Shown: positions 28,173 to 41,882 of the stretch, piece after piece
Numbering within the stretch: the first letter of the stretch is position 1
Layout: each line of letters opens with the position of its first letter
Assembly (NCBI GenBank): GCA_964035545.1
Contig: OZ037770.1
Span: 12,824,642 to 12,888,641 of the forward strand
Source of the DNA: Bugula neritina
Taxonomy: Eukaryota > Animalia > Bryozoa
Direction: 5' to 3'
DNA: 64,000 bases
The notes under the pieces: model-generated
What the model saw: only the letters and a program-made list of their open reading frames with translations
Told to the model about the DNA's origin: nothing
Databases searched by the model: none
Translations under genes and position numbers: made by a program

Positions 28173-29251
28173 GGCTAACTAAAAGATGCAGCTGTAATTA
28201 AAATAAAACGCTATTGCTAATATGATATTATTAACAAAACATATTTTATTGCCAAGACTAAACAACGAACTTTCATGACCATTGTTATGCGTATCAGCCA
28301 CCATCTATACTAAAATTCTGCTCATTGTTTATAGTTTTGATGCTAAAGAATAATCTATAGTATAGCTAGGTAGCTCCACCTCTCTCAACTGTTAGAAATA
28401 CCAAAAAGCTTTAGTGAATCAAATACTTGGTTGCCAATTAATTTATAGGTTGAAATAAGAACTACATTTTTATTACAATATTTGCACAGTATTTTCACTT
28501 AAGCATTGCAATATTTTTTTCAGATTTGCTGTAAACATATTATTTATATTACTGTTTGCAATAAGGATTTTAATAAATAAATCTTCATTTCATAAATTGA
28601 TTTTTAGTGAAATCTTAAGTTTGAATAAATAGATTTTAAATAAATTATTCTGTAAATTTTGAAGACTAGAAATGGTCTCTAAGTCAAAATTTTATCTTTA
28701 TTAACAACTAGTTTAGTTTTTGTTATTTTGTATTAAGTAGTTATTTAAATCATAGTTATAATAGCAGTGATTTATTAACAATATTCAAAAAACATTTTAC
28801 TGACAGTTAAAAGCAAATACTTTTCTTGACTTATTAATTCAACTGATCCATTATAATCATTAAACAATCATTTAATTTAATAAAATAAAATACAAGATAA
28901 ACCGTATATAATATTGCTGTATTGACTACTTTAATTTTATTAATTGCTCAGACCATGTTTGTATAGCGCATAACTTTTGTCATCGCATCATTTTACACTC
29001 TAAAATAATATTTTATCACAAAAAGTATAGCTACAACTTTATATATAAGAACTTAGAAGCAATTTTTTTAGGGTTGTAAAACAACTATAATTTATCACCT
29101 GAACAAGTAATATGCCAAAAAATTTTTATAAGTAAAATTATTATTAGAAAAATCCATACGCACATTGGTAAAATCTGTATAACGCAATCAAAAACTAATT
29201 ATGATCAATTTCAATTCAATTCAATTCAATTTCAAGCAATAATCAATTGGA

Positions 29252-32200
29252 TTATTTAATAGGTTGTGGAAGGGTTAGCTGTGATCGGTACATCATAAGT
29301 GAATCCTTGTTCACAAGTACGGCGCCCTTAACAGACGGCTTCTGCATACTTTGGGGCTCTTGCAAAATGCTCACTGTAACGTTGTCATCTAAATTTTCAA
29401 TCTTAACTTCGTCGTAATGATGGTAATCGTCGGTTTTTTCTAGAGCCTTTTTTCGAACATGTCTAAAATAGAGTTGACGTTTTTTTCAAAGTAGCTAATC
29501 TTACAGGGACTAATGCATAAGAAATAATTCAAATATTAATGATAGTATACAGATTGTTATAGGGTTTCATAGAAAGACTATTTACTATAAAAAGCAGAAA
29601 AATTTTTAATGCAAAAACAAACAAAATTTAGGTTTATTTTGCATTTTTTGTTTATGCCTTGCAAATTTCCTTTAATTTCTATATTACTGCAGTTAGCTCC
29701 AGAAAAAAAATTTTCTTCTGGACGTTAATAGCAAAAACTACTAGCATCATAAAACAAGTACAGTCTAAATGGCACTGTATACGATTGCATGTATAGAGAG
29801 ATATTTAGTAAAACTGCACACACATAAAGTGGTAATCAACCACTACAATGACATACTTCACATTAGAGTATAGGAACAGATTTTTTATTTGACATAATTA
29901 TGTAGACGGTGTCATTTAAATAAAGCTACGGCCACAAATATATTCACAGAGTCATTCATTTAAAGTATGGGGACGTAGTGAAAGAAGTTTATGATTTAGA
30001 ATCATGAATCAGAAAACTAATAAAGATAATATGTTGTCGTATAAAGGTCTTAGGTTGTATAGAGTTTGAACTAGTTATTTATATAAAGAGGTGATAAAAG
30101 TTACCTTATTAGAAAGAAAATCATTGCACCAAGTACGAGTACACCGACGATGACAGCAGCATAAACAGCAACCAAATAGGCCACAGTGATTTCTACAAAC
30201 GTAATAATATTATAGTCGTTAGAAGTCATTGGCCCATGTTAGTTTTTGATAGCAAAATTAGATTGCTTTGTGAACATTATCAGAGCTACAAGATAAGACA
30301 ACTTAGAAGCCAATCTGCTATTCAGTACACCAGATAAGCTACATAATATAGCATATATACTATGATATACCAGCATCACAGTATAACAAGTTTTGCTTAT
30401 AATAAACAATATATTTTACATAATTCTCTTTTCTGCTACATCATGTGTGAAGTCATCATCTATAACATATTATAGATAATATAAAACTTCTTATATTCAT
30501 TTGATAATAACAATTTTGCTGACCTTGGAAGTTGAATTGCTGCGATTTGATAAATTTCTGAGAATTCTTTTTCGAGTGATTTGAGTAAGTCCAAACTTCA
30601 AAAGTGTAGTTTACTCTGGGTTTAAGTGATGACCAGATGTGGTAACCTTTCTCTTTATTTAGATACTAGGAAACATAAAAACAAGAGCAAAATAATTGCC
30701 GTCACTGGGATTCGAACCTGAGACCTCTGGCTTGCAAGCAAGTGTGCTAACTATTACACTGCGGGACGTACTGCAGGTAATCACAATGCTGAATAAAGAG
30801 CCATTTTGAATTCATTTTCAACGTTATTAGTATCAAAATAGGATCTAAATAGCTGAAAATTAAGTTAAGTACCCTGAAACTTGATAAGAAAAATTAATAT
30901 AAGATAACATCTGTAGTCAAAAGATTCCTTTTGCTGAAAATTATATTATTAATTTTGCTAATCTTGGCTTGCACATTTTAATTATAATAAGTATTGCTGC
31001 ATTTTCAAAACATAATCATAGAATGAAATAATTTCTTCATCATATAAAAATTAAGTTTGGCAATGAATAAAAGAAATGCAGACATGTTTTACAGCCCAGG
31101 AAGTTGAATTGCTTACAATTGCACATCTTGGACTGTCAAAGCACTTTGTAATTAATTGGTTAGAATAAGAAACAGTTTCTGGGTAGAGCTTCCATGTCAT
31201 CACCACTCTGTTACTCTCGATTAGAAAAGTAACCTCTTTAGGCGGAAGTGGCTCTGTAACAAGCAACATAATTAGTAGAGAATAACACTTTCTCTAAATC
31301 ATTTTATAATAGAGTTTTCACTAAAGTATTGTCATCAAATAAGATTTTATCTCGCCACCCTTGAAGGACAACGGCGGTGAAATTGGTGACCATATAGAAT
31401 AAGATTTTAAACTAAAAAATAAGTAAACAGTCATTGGCTTATATTCATGCAAGTTTGATTTGAACTTAGCTTATCATTTCAGGTGGTGACATAACAAGCT
31501 TGCATAACTCATCTTACTAAAAATAGTTTCTTTATAATATAATTATACAGTTATTTACAGCATGCCAAAAACTAGATCACAAATGAGTTGGACATGGTTT
31601 GTTAATTTTAGGTAAGGCAACTCTAAAGGTTTCTCAATGCGTTCAAGATGATCCCTAATATTAGAACTCTGAATTAAATAATTATGTTATATTTCAACCA
31701 CTAAAAATATATTCATTAGATAATCCCACTCTATAAACAGAGCAAGGAAAAGTGGCCACTTTTAAATCAACTCTAAAACAATTATCACAACTATTGTTAA
31801 AATGTACCTGTACATATTTTATAATAAAAATTATATCACTTCATTTTGCTTTGCTTTATTAAAAACAATAGTCAAAGGAATTAAAGCAAACACGAGTAGA
31901 TTTTCGTAAAAAATTGGTATTTTTATCGGACTTGAAAGGGTACAAACCTATTTCTGCTCGAAAACTTTTGCCAAACTTTCCCCTGATTGTCTTTGGATCA
32001 GGGTGAGCTGTATTAAATAATCCTTTAGCTTTTAGTGAGTACGACTGCCCATACTGAACGTAGGGTAACTGAAAGTATGGATAATAACAAACATAAACTT
32101 CTAATATACAACTGGCTCCAACATAATGCACATGAAATGCTTAAAACTGATAAGGTGATGTATTGCAGTGGCTCATGGACCTTCGAGAGGGGGAACTTGT

Positions 32201-35200
32201 TCCCTCTTTCTTGGTAGTATATACATATCGCATGTGGTGACTAGTCATTACGTTTTCCTATATTGCCATTTATCATACGGCGACCACGTGGCTAGTGATG
32301 TGACTGTTTCCCAATTCTCCAATCAGAATGAAGGCCAACCTGTGATCACGAAGGAAGAGATTCTCCCGTGTGAGAAAGGACTAGCTAAGATTTATGTGAA
32401 CAGTTGTATTAGCTTTCTGACTGATGTAAAGTTTCCGACTATTGTATCTTGTATAATAATACACCTTAGGCCTATTATTATTCTTTCGCTACAATCATTT
32501 GGAGCTGATTACGTAACTGCCTGCAATGTGTTAATTGGATTATACACAAATACCCACATATAACTTGGAAAAACATAACAGTATTCAATACATTATTATG
32601 CTTCAATCATTCATTTTATTCATACCATTTTTGTATGGAAGCTAGCAAACATTTTGCATGCATTGCTTTTTATTTATTACATATTATTATAAAATTAATA
32701 TGGTAGCAGTAGGTACACAATATTTTTGTATTAATTTTTGTATTATTTTTGTAACTTAGTCTTGGAACACCCTGGCTTTTGACTACCTTGTGATCACCAT
32801 ATTAAGTATTTGTTTATGATCCAGCAGTTTCGTTCCTAAAATATTTGCATTTTGCCTAAACAGATTTTAAGTTTTCAGTAGAGTAAATTTTACATGCTTG
32901 AAAATCAGCCTAGACATATGTGACTTTGTGCTCGAGGCAAACACCAGGAACTACATGTGACGTGTCACAGGAAGCCTATGATGCAAGTTGTTGTGTGTGA
33001 TAAATTGTGGCATAGGAAAAAATTGAAAACAGAAGAAAATAAGCACATATGACTGATTCTAGCTTGTGGTATACATGTAGCATAATATATAAATGTGGCA
33101 CGGCACCCCTGACTACCTGCCCCTGATTAGCGAATACACAGTAGAGAACTTAGGCTGACATGCAGAGTATAATCAATAAACGTTATGAGAAAACAAGAAT
33201 TCTAATTTACTTAGACTAGTAGCACCTTTTTGAAGCTGTCAACTGAATAGGTTGACTGAAGAGACGCCCCGGTAATGAGATTGTTTGAGCGGACAGATAT
33301 TCTGCTGATGTGAGAGTCTAGTACCAGATGTACAAGAGTGTAGGGAGCATTGGGTCCTTTACTGATTACAATGACATCTGATATGACAGGTGCCAACGGC
33401 TCAAGATCTGTCATAATATATAAGTGTAGCGTTGAGTTTACTCAGCAGTCTCTATGGTGTAGTGGTTAGTGCGTCTGCGTGCAAGCTGAAGGCTATGGGT
33501 TCGAATCCCGGTGGAGGCAAAATTATTTTATAATAAGAGAATGAACAAATTTTAGTTATTGCAGCAGCAGCATAGACAAGTTCTAAATTAGGGTACCTAA
33601 ATGAAAGCCTAATGATTGGTAAAATGATTTTATTAAGCAGCAATTGAGCCCTTATGTACATCTGGTAGCACAGATGTTATATACATGTTCATTTCAGATA
33701 CTATGCAAAAACGGAAAATTTGCATAAAGATATGCTCCACTGAGATGCAAACCCAAAACTTCCACTTTGCAAGCAGGTGCACTAACCATTAGCCTACAGA
33801 GGTTATCGGGTAAACTCAGCACTAGATTTGATGACCGAACTCAAAAACAAATAATTATTTATTTAAAATAAAAAAATTTCAATCAACTTATTTGAACTCA
33901 AAAAGTGATGTAAAGAAATTTTTTATTGCACTAGCATTGAAATGAATTTGTACCACATCCACTGCAATTTCTGGCGCAGAGTTATTACCCAAAATTCCTT
34001 ACTAATAAATTATTGTTTGACTCACATATCTTATCCAAGGCAATGAGACGATTTCCTGATATGATGTCCTTCACCAGACAGTCTAATATATCACCGTGGT
34101 GTATTAAAACCTCTGGCTCACTAAAGCTTCTGACAACTTTAGCTGAAACGACAGAATGATATTGCTGCTTAATCGCTTCATTTGAATTAATCTTACAATA
34201 ATTCCTATTTTTTCTATCCTTATCATAAGAAGTGTAAAAAGCTTACAACGCTGTTGAACTTTGAATTCAATCATCTCTAAAGGTTGAAACAGTTTCCAGC
34301 ATAGAGAGAGCGCCTTGGCAGAAAAAGACTCTTCATATAAGATGTTGGAGGTTTCATAGAAAAAAAATTCTTGGGTATATCTGTCAGTCCAATCGTCTTC
34401 TGAGGCGGAACACGGCGAATCAAAGTTTGTTTCTAAACTGCTCCGAATAGTCAAAGTAGGTGGAAAATAATCTAAAATAACGAATTTCTTACATAGTACT
34501 ATTCATTAACAATATAAAATCATAGAATAAAAAAAACTTGAAAATTAAATTGGTAGTCAAACCCAAATAACTTGCATTTTACCGGTGCCGTTGGAAGCAG
34601 TTATAAGTGTAGTAGTGGAGATATTGCTAAATATGGCAATGATATCAAAACATTACTTTCAAAGAAAATATATTTGTAGGATTTCAAATTAAGTCAGTTA
34701 TTAAATTATAGTATGCAAACTAGAAGTTAAAGTCAAATGTGACATCCAATCGTTGCATAAAAACTTATGCAAGTTTATAGTCACCATTCCTGTGTAGAAT
34801 CCCTGTTGGAAAGGTTTTATGTTAAATCAGATTAAGGACTTATTTATATGTGGCACAAAACAAATTATGATTGAATGCTCTTCCTCAAATTCGCCAATAG
34901 CCTTCACAGGAGTTCGAACCCAGGACTTGGTGCTTACTAAGCCAACGCTCCAATTCTTAAACCATGGCTGTTCTTTTGCATTATATCATTACATAATCTA
35001 GCATAAAAATATTGCAAAGAACTTTTTTTAGTAGACAATAAAATTAATTGTTAAACTTTGGCAATGTTGAAACATGCCCACAAAAGTGTGATTTTACCTC
35101 ATTCCAACAGTAAACCTACCTCGTTCGAACACTTCTACTTCATGTAGAGAAATCGGTTTTTCCAGATCAGAGTACACAGCAACAAACCGAGCAATCACTT

Positions 35201-38200
35201 CTGTTCCACTGTTGAGATCAATCTCATTCAGTTGCTGGTCACTCGTAAACTTATGTACCATTTGCCAAGAAGTGTCTTGAAAACTAGGGTTGCCCTTGGG
35301 CTGAGTTGAGGCAAGGACAGACCAAGGTGCCATGTCAAACGCTAAAATGATAGTATGTACGTTCAATGAACCAATACTGCGCATGGTAAGCGAGAGACAA
35401 ATGTGGATAGCGCTGCTGAGAAGATTTTTAAGCATGTGTATAGAAAAAGTAGGCGTTATATACGCGTGGTCTACACATGTGCTTATAGGAAAATATCCAA
35501 TTCACTTGTCACTAACAAAAGTAATAACACATTTTGGTGCTGCTGTATTTAGCATATTACTGAACTAGGCACATGTGTACAACTTTCCATTGCTGTAAAA
35601 TAGTACCTTCAAGTTATGACTTGCAGATTTCGAAAATGGCACAATTTAAAGATCCCTATTTAAAGCTGTGTTATCTTCTGAAAATGCAAGATTGAAATAA
35701 GTTTCTTGGAACTTGACTCAAGGAGACTTTGTGTCTTAGCTTGAAAAGGTAGACTGCTATATATACTCTAAGTCACTCACACAAGTTTATAGTCGCTATC
35801 CCTGTGAGAAACCTCTGATGAAAAGTGTTTTTGTTAAATTGAGCTAAGGACTTATTTAGATAAGGCACAGTGGCAATTTTGACTGGATGCTCTTCCGAAC
35901 ATCGCCAATGGCCTTTGTCGTGGTTTAATCCATGACTTCGTGTTCATAAAGCAAACACTCTAACACCTAGACTATGACTGCTCCCTATATATACACATGT
36001 GCTTGAAAAATAGAGTTGATTTTCCCATAAAGATCACAAACCTCACAAGTTTGGTTTTGACAAATTTTTTTTAAAGAGGTAGGTGCAGTAATGGAGAAAT
36101 TGGGAAAAGCCTGTGTTATTCTAGATGAAAATTATAGCATAAGCACTGCAAAAATTTTAACTGCGCCTCAACCGACATTTGGTAATGGAAGTAGAAAGCT
36201 TAGGCAACATCAGTTTCTTCATTACTGCTCGTAACTAAAATTTGAATACGAAAGCAGCAACCACACGCTGCCGTGTCAGCTTACCGCATAGCTCACACTC
36301 CTCTAAGAAGAACAAACAGCACCGGACTGTGCTCCTGTATATAACAATCTTGCCGAGCGAGTATGCGTCCTGAAGGTCCACAAACCAAAACGTTTCTGTC
36401 TTAGATTGGCTTTGTGTGAACAAGAGCACGTTGTCGTAATAATTGAGACCATCAACAGCTAGTTCGGACTGGAAACTACTAAACTGTTGAGCTCCCCAGG
36501 TACCTGACTGGTTAGTCGGTTTGTAAAGCGCCAAGTTTTTCTGAACTAGAAAAGAATTGATTCAATCTTAGTTTAAATTAATTTAAGCTTCAAATATAAT
36601 AAAACTGATAGACAAAGTTGATTAAAAGAAAATGGAAAACTGCATGCAACAAAAAGCAAACATTAATATTTTTAATTATATAAAGCATTTTAATACCGTG
36701 GTGGCAAATTTAAATTACATTTGAATGACATCAAGCTTTATTACAATAACCAATTTGAATTTATTGACTTTTTTCGATTTCAACACATCTATCTTTATAA
36801 CAAAATCTTTAATAATTATTATATATAAAAACAACCTACTGATGGAATCTTTGGATATCTTGATGTCTATAGTTTTGATGGAATATGTACCCAGAAGGTT
36901 GACCGCCCACCAACTGAGTGCATTAGATTCTGTCATTAAAGGAATCAACACGGTAGATAATCCCAAAGCATATTTTACATTTGTACTGTGATGTACAGGC
37001 TTTCCCTCAGTTATTTCACCTATCAGTAAAGTAATGAGAAATTATTGGCAAAGGTACCAGTTAATTTAAAATTATTATTTTGCAAATTATAGCTAGAAGT
37101 TTGTATGTTGAATAACCAAATTCAAATCTTAAAGCTGCGTTATACTTTATTTAAAGACGTGCTCTCTCACCCACACAATCGCACACACACAAATACACAC
37201 AAATACACACAAATCCACAACACAAACACAAAACATAACACGCACAAGCACACACACACAGTATACAAAACACGTATGTGTTAGCTCACTTTCTCCTGCA
37301 TAAACTATAGGCTCAAATTCTATGTCTTCATCCTCGATTAAAGATTTGCAAGAGATGCCAATGCGGTAATCATCTGCGGCCAAGGGGAATGTTTCAAAGC
37401 TGACATAAGTCTTTTCACTGTTTTCCTTGGTCTTGTACACACTGAAGCTTTTCAATGCTAAAAGAGCTAAAACGGCAGTCCAGTGTAAAATTATTCATCC
37501 AACTCAGCTAATCAGACTTTAGGTTCAAAAAAAAGTTGAGAACAAGCTATTTTTATAAGTCATTTTGTAGCTCTGTCATAGCTGCTACCCAAACAAGACA
37601 TAGCGGAGATAGGTGATAAGAAAAACTTTGTAGCTTTGTCATATGTGAAATAGGGAAGCGTTTTTAAAGTTTAATAAATTTCCTCCAGTGGAAAACTGTC
37701 CCCATCTTACTCAAGCCAACGATTCACATAATATAATGAAAATTAGTTTCTGATTATTAATGAAAAGAATTTTAAATGCATTATTCACAGTTATTATAAT
37801 AACTTTGTTTCATTCTTTTGTTACCATCCTTTTATTTTATTTTATTCATTTTACATTATTAACCAGTTTTAAATACAATATGTACGGTTTTTTTATTTAT
37901 TGTTATACCACTATTACTATCATTTCCATTAGATATATATGCATTAAAAGTTGATGTAGGGTATATGCTACACCGGGCCTAACAGGGATAACGTTGTTAC
38001 TATTATTGTTACAGTATTTCTAATAAACTATTGTTATATAGTTACTCATTATTGCATGCTGTGTGTAATACACATGGCTACTTAACTTACAGGTTTTAAT
38101 ACGCCGAGTCTGCTCAGAAGTGACTCTTCCAAAATTAGTTAGAATTACAACTCTGTAGCTGTACCATCTATTGGCCAAAACAGGTCCAAATGTTTCCTAC

Positions 38201-39841
38201 AAAGCAATTTTAACTATGAAAAAATTGTAAAAATATTTTGCTCCCACTGGGACTCAAACCCTAGACTTCCAAGACCTCCACTACACCACAGGGCTATGAC
38301 GCTACTGGGTAAACTCAACACTAAATCCCGTCAATTCTTCAAACTCAACTGACCTCTCAACTCTTCAGAGAGCCACTCCACTACTACAGTTCACCAAAAG
38401 CCTAAGTATCTTATACAAATTTTGCTCTTACTGGGGTTTGAACTTAATTGACCTCCGGCTTGCAAGCATTAACATGCATTACTATACATTACCATGCATC
38501 ATTATGCATTACCATGCATTACTATGCATTACCATGCATTACTATGCATTACTACGCATTACTATGCATTACCATGCATTACTATGCATTACCATGCATT
38601 ACTATGCATTACCATGCATATTCATTACCATTACATCACAGGGGCTACAAGATTGGCTAACCTTTTTAACACCATACTGTGTGCATAAACACACATACTG
38701 CAAAGGAAATATCAGGTAAAAATCTAGGTTTAATCATTTTTATAACTATAAAATGACTAGTAATTTTAAATTCATAACATATTACATTCAAGCATATTGC
38801 ATTATGATTGGTTCTTTCACATTTCGCACTATATAGGTACATTCTTATTAAAATTAAATCATATGTTGCAACTTTCATATATTAGTTTCATATCTAAACC
38901 ACAATTTTGTGGTAAAGTTTTACCTCAAAACTTGAAACAGTTTCCAGACGCTTGTAGTACGTTACATATCCTGTCTGCAAGTCTATACACAGCAGATCTA
39001 CGTGAGTATGAGTCTCACCAACTCTATATGCCATACCTGAACTGAAAGATCTTATTTCTCCAGCAATGTTATAATGAGTTGAATTTATATGAGACCATCG
39101 CAGGTTATATCCACAGTAAACCCTGCATGTGAAAAGACAGTAAAAACTATAAGGGCAAAACGAGGTAGATATCGATAATGGAGAAATTGAGCCAATAAGC
39201 CTGTGTTCTAGATTAGAAATATAACAAAACAGTTATGGTTTCTACCAGCGCCCCAAACAATACAAAAATTAAAGGACTTGAGTAATCTCAATTTTTTCAC
39301 TACTGCTCGTGAATAGGCATGAAAGAAAATGATGGGTGGAAAGAAAACAAACAATCTAAATCTATCAGCTCTGAAACTTGAAGCACTGCTGATAGTATTG
39401 TAATTAGAGTTGAAACAAGCTGATTAATTTTCAGCATTACATAATGGTAGTGTAGTGGTATGCTGGTTTAGTAAAGCACGAAGTCAACGGTTGAAAATGC
39501 TAAGAAGGACATTCTGTCTTAATTGCTACTGTGCCACAAACGAAGGTGTATTTAACCCATGATTTAAAAGCTTTTCCATCAGGTGTTCTCACAGGAAGAG
39601 GCAACTATAGACTCAAGTGAATTTTTTAGTTTTATTAGACGTTCAAATTCAGTTTAAACTGTAAACATAATATGAATAGATATAATGGCAATAAGGAAGC
39701 TTATCAGCCACATGATGTTTAGGAAAAATCACAAAAATCCAAATGTTGATTATAAAAACTGGGATGGCAGAATTTGGGCTAAATTACTTACTGTGAAATT
39801 AAGTAAGTCAGATAATACAAAAGTACAGTTGCAACTTTCAT
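29252..39841 (-). CDS. Single-pass type I membrane receptor B (~802 aa), tandem paralogue of A, with a short tail
   Basis: 15 exons: 39841-39792 (MKVATVLLYYLTYLIS), 39122-38924, 38196-38091, 37457-37290, 37019-36840, 36545-36285 (NLALYKPTNQS..AVDG..WFVDL..CC, FTP-like), 35341-35120, 34471-34247, 34142-34026, 33407-33226, 32068-31948, 31253-31117, 30665-30524, 30192-30105 (TM), 29462-29252. Exon lengths of 50, 106, 180, 137 and 142 bp are identical to gene A. Confidence 0.82.
30697..30790 (-). mobile_element. tRNA-derived repeat, family 1
   Basis: Reverse complement reads GCAGTGTAATAGTTAGCACACTTGCTTGCAAGCCAGAGGTCTCAGGTTCGAATCCCAGTG. Confidence 0.6.
33425..33520 (+). mobile_element. tRNA-derived repeat, family 1 (best-preserved cloverleaf-like copy)
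   Basis: GTCTCTA/TGGAGGC acceptor-like stem with intact A and B boxes, but the family leader GTAGCGTTGAGTTTAC and an irregular anticodon arm. Confidence 0.6.
34775..34972 (-). mobile_element. tRNA-derived SINE, family 2
   Basis: GGTTCGAACTCC B box on the minus strand and a family-2 body. Confidence 0.6.
35767..35984 (-). mobile_element. Full-length tRNA-derived SINE, family 2, with target-site duplication
   Basis: About 218 bp, flanked by the 10-bp direct repeat CTATATATAC (35757-35766 and 35985-35994). Confidence 0.75.
36075..36232. mobile_element. Short non-autonomous DNA element with subterminal inverted repeats
   Basis: GCAGTAATGGAGAAATTG (36085) versus CAGTTTCTTCATTACTGC (36211-36228). 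Related copies at 39161-39310 and, inverted, at about 230-261. Confidence 0.55.
38468..38620. repeat. 10-bp tandem repeat (ATGCATTAC[C/T])n
   Basis: About 15 near-perfect copies; source of three spurious ORFs. Confidence 0.95.
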
Positions 39842-40744
39842 AGTCAATAGTCCAAGCTAGACTTTGCATGATCAAGATCACTGCTACTATTTTATCAACC
39901 ATTTACAGCTTTTGTTTTCATTGTTGTTTTCAAAGCATAGGATCATTTTGAAAAACAAAGAATGCAAGCAGCATTGTTGGTAGAAACAGCTAAACAAAAA
40001 GCTAACAAGCAGATAAATGAGGTATTTTAAAACAAATCTCAGTGAAAACAATTAAATTGAATGATATTTCTTATCATTAAAGGTCATCTGAATCAACTAT
40101 AAATCAACATCAAAAGCAATTACACTACTGAAAACTTTGACAGCTTTTGAAAAAATCAATTAGTTTCTTTTGTTCTAAAACCAGCTAGAAAACTTTGACA
40201 GCTTTTGAAAAAATCAATTAGGGTTTTTTTGTTTTAAAACCAGCTAGAAAAGTTTGCTTCCAGACAGAAAAAGTCAAATTTAATTAAATAGTAAATCCCA
40301 CAACAACATGTGCTAAGGTATTACTCTCAGACCTAGAAAGCAGCTGTACTTACTGTAAAAATATGTCCTCATTATATTATAATAATGTGCCTGGTGAGCT
40401 TTTCTTTATAAGAAAGCACAGTGCATAAGTTGCTTTAATTACCCTGCCGTTGAGCGCATTTAGCCTATGTATACAAAGTTGGATAAGCTTGGTTATCTTG
40501 GAGTTCTTTGGCTATAATATTTTAGGTTAATACAATCTATCTGAAGTGTTTTAGAATGTATAGAAATACCAAGATCACACTCTTAGCCTAGCTAGGGAGT
40601 TACACTAGTCTAGAATCTAGGAAGTTTAGTTTTTCCTCCAATTGCATCTAGTTACACCACTTTACTGGAAGGCTGGAATTAGTTTTATGTGCTTAGCAGC
40701 AGGTTATAAGTTACCTAGTTACATTGCTGTTAGCATGAAACTGA

Positions 40745-40980
40745 GTAGCAACGGTGTAATCACCTAGCAACAGTGTAGTCACCTAGTAACAACACAGCAA
40801 CCTAGCAACAGTACAGTAGCCTAGCAACAGTGTAGTCACTTAGTAACAGTGTAGTCACTTAGTAACAGTACAGTGGCTTAGCAACAGTACAGTGGCCTAG
40901 CAACAGTGCAATCACCTATATGCAACAGTGAAGTCACTTAGCGACAGCGCAATCACCTGGCAACAGAAGAGACACCTGCA
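40745..40980. repeat. 20-bp minisatellite (consensus close to CCTAGCAACAGTGTAGTCA)
   Basis: About 11 degenerate copies. Confidence 0.9.
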
Positions 40981-41882
40981 CTAAGATAACTAAAGTAAAC
41001 ATTCAGATAGTGATATGATAACTGAAGATCCTAAGTAGAATACAGTATTGTTATATTTATATTACTACATACATGGGATATAGTCCCAGAAATATAAACA
41101 GAGTACAAAGAAGTGATTTTAAACACAGATATACAGCTTGAACTATGATAGGTCTACTGAAGTCAAGATAAGGGTTTGTTTTGTTGTTTTTGTGAGAACT
41201 CAATTGTAATTTTATTTGAGTCAGCTTTGCTATTTTTGACTTTATAGAAGGGAAAAACGTCCTAGGCAATATTTGCTAAAAATTTTGAGATATCATAGAA
41301 TTTAAGTCATTGTTTTGAGTTCATTCATTGAACAAGGTGTTGATTGTATGAAGATTATATATTGACATATTGTTATTCAGCATACTTAATATACAGAGAT
41401 GTAGTTAGAATATGAAAGCAAGTAGAATTACATAACAGTCACCAGCTATTAGTGGACACACAATTCAACCAAGCTCTTATATACAAATATAAGCCAATGC
41501 TAAACTATTATACTAAATAAAAATGGCATTACCATAGCTATAGCACAGAGCTGCAGTGAGATATATTATATGCATAATATGATAATATTTAACTTATCAT
41601 ATATATACTAAAGTCTACATATATATAATATATGATATATATACTAACACCTATGTCTATATAATCTGTAATACACATGCAGAATGATTAGAACCATCAT
41701 AGAATAACCACTAGTTTTGTCAGAGTGCTATTACCATGGTACACAGATAAATTAGTATAAGATATTTCTGCAATCTAGTAACACACATACTAGAAACTGT
41801 CCAGTAGCATATAAATGTATATTCACCAGCTACACTACTTAAACTAGTGAATCTACAATAAAGTATATAATATAGTGTATAT

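Noticed and set aside
33446-33520. Functional tRNA gene
   Set aside because: The anticodon arm is irregular, and it shares a leader with many degenerate copies, so it is better explained as a tRNA-derived repeat. tRNAscan-SE would settle it.
37980-37995. CAGGGATAAC resembling an LSU rRNA or I-SceI motif
   Set aside because: Only about 10 bp with no flanking rRNA similarity; the same word is part of the family-2 SINE tail.
38438-38719. His/Cys/Tyr-rich ORFs in three frames
   Set aside because: They are translations of the 10-bp tandem repeat.
38864-38880. Second MKVAT start resembling exon 1 of receptor B
   Set aside because: Only a 15-nt match, located in intron 2 downstream of exon 2, with no hydrophobic signal core; probably chance or a tiny relic.
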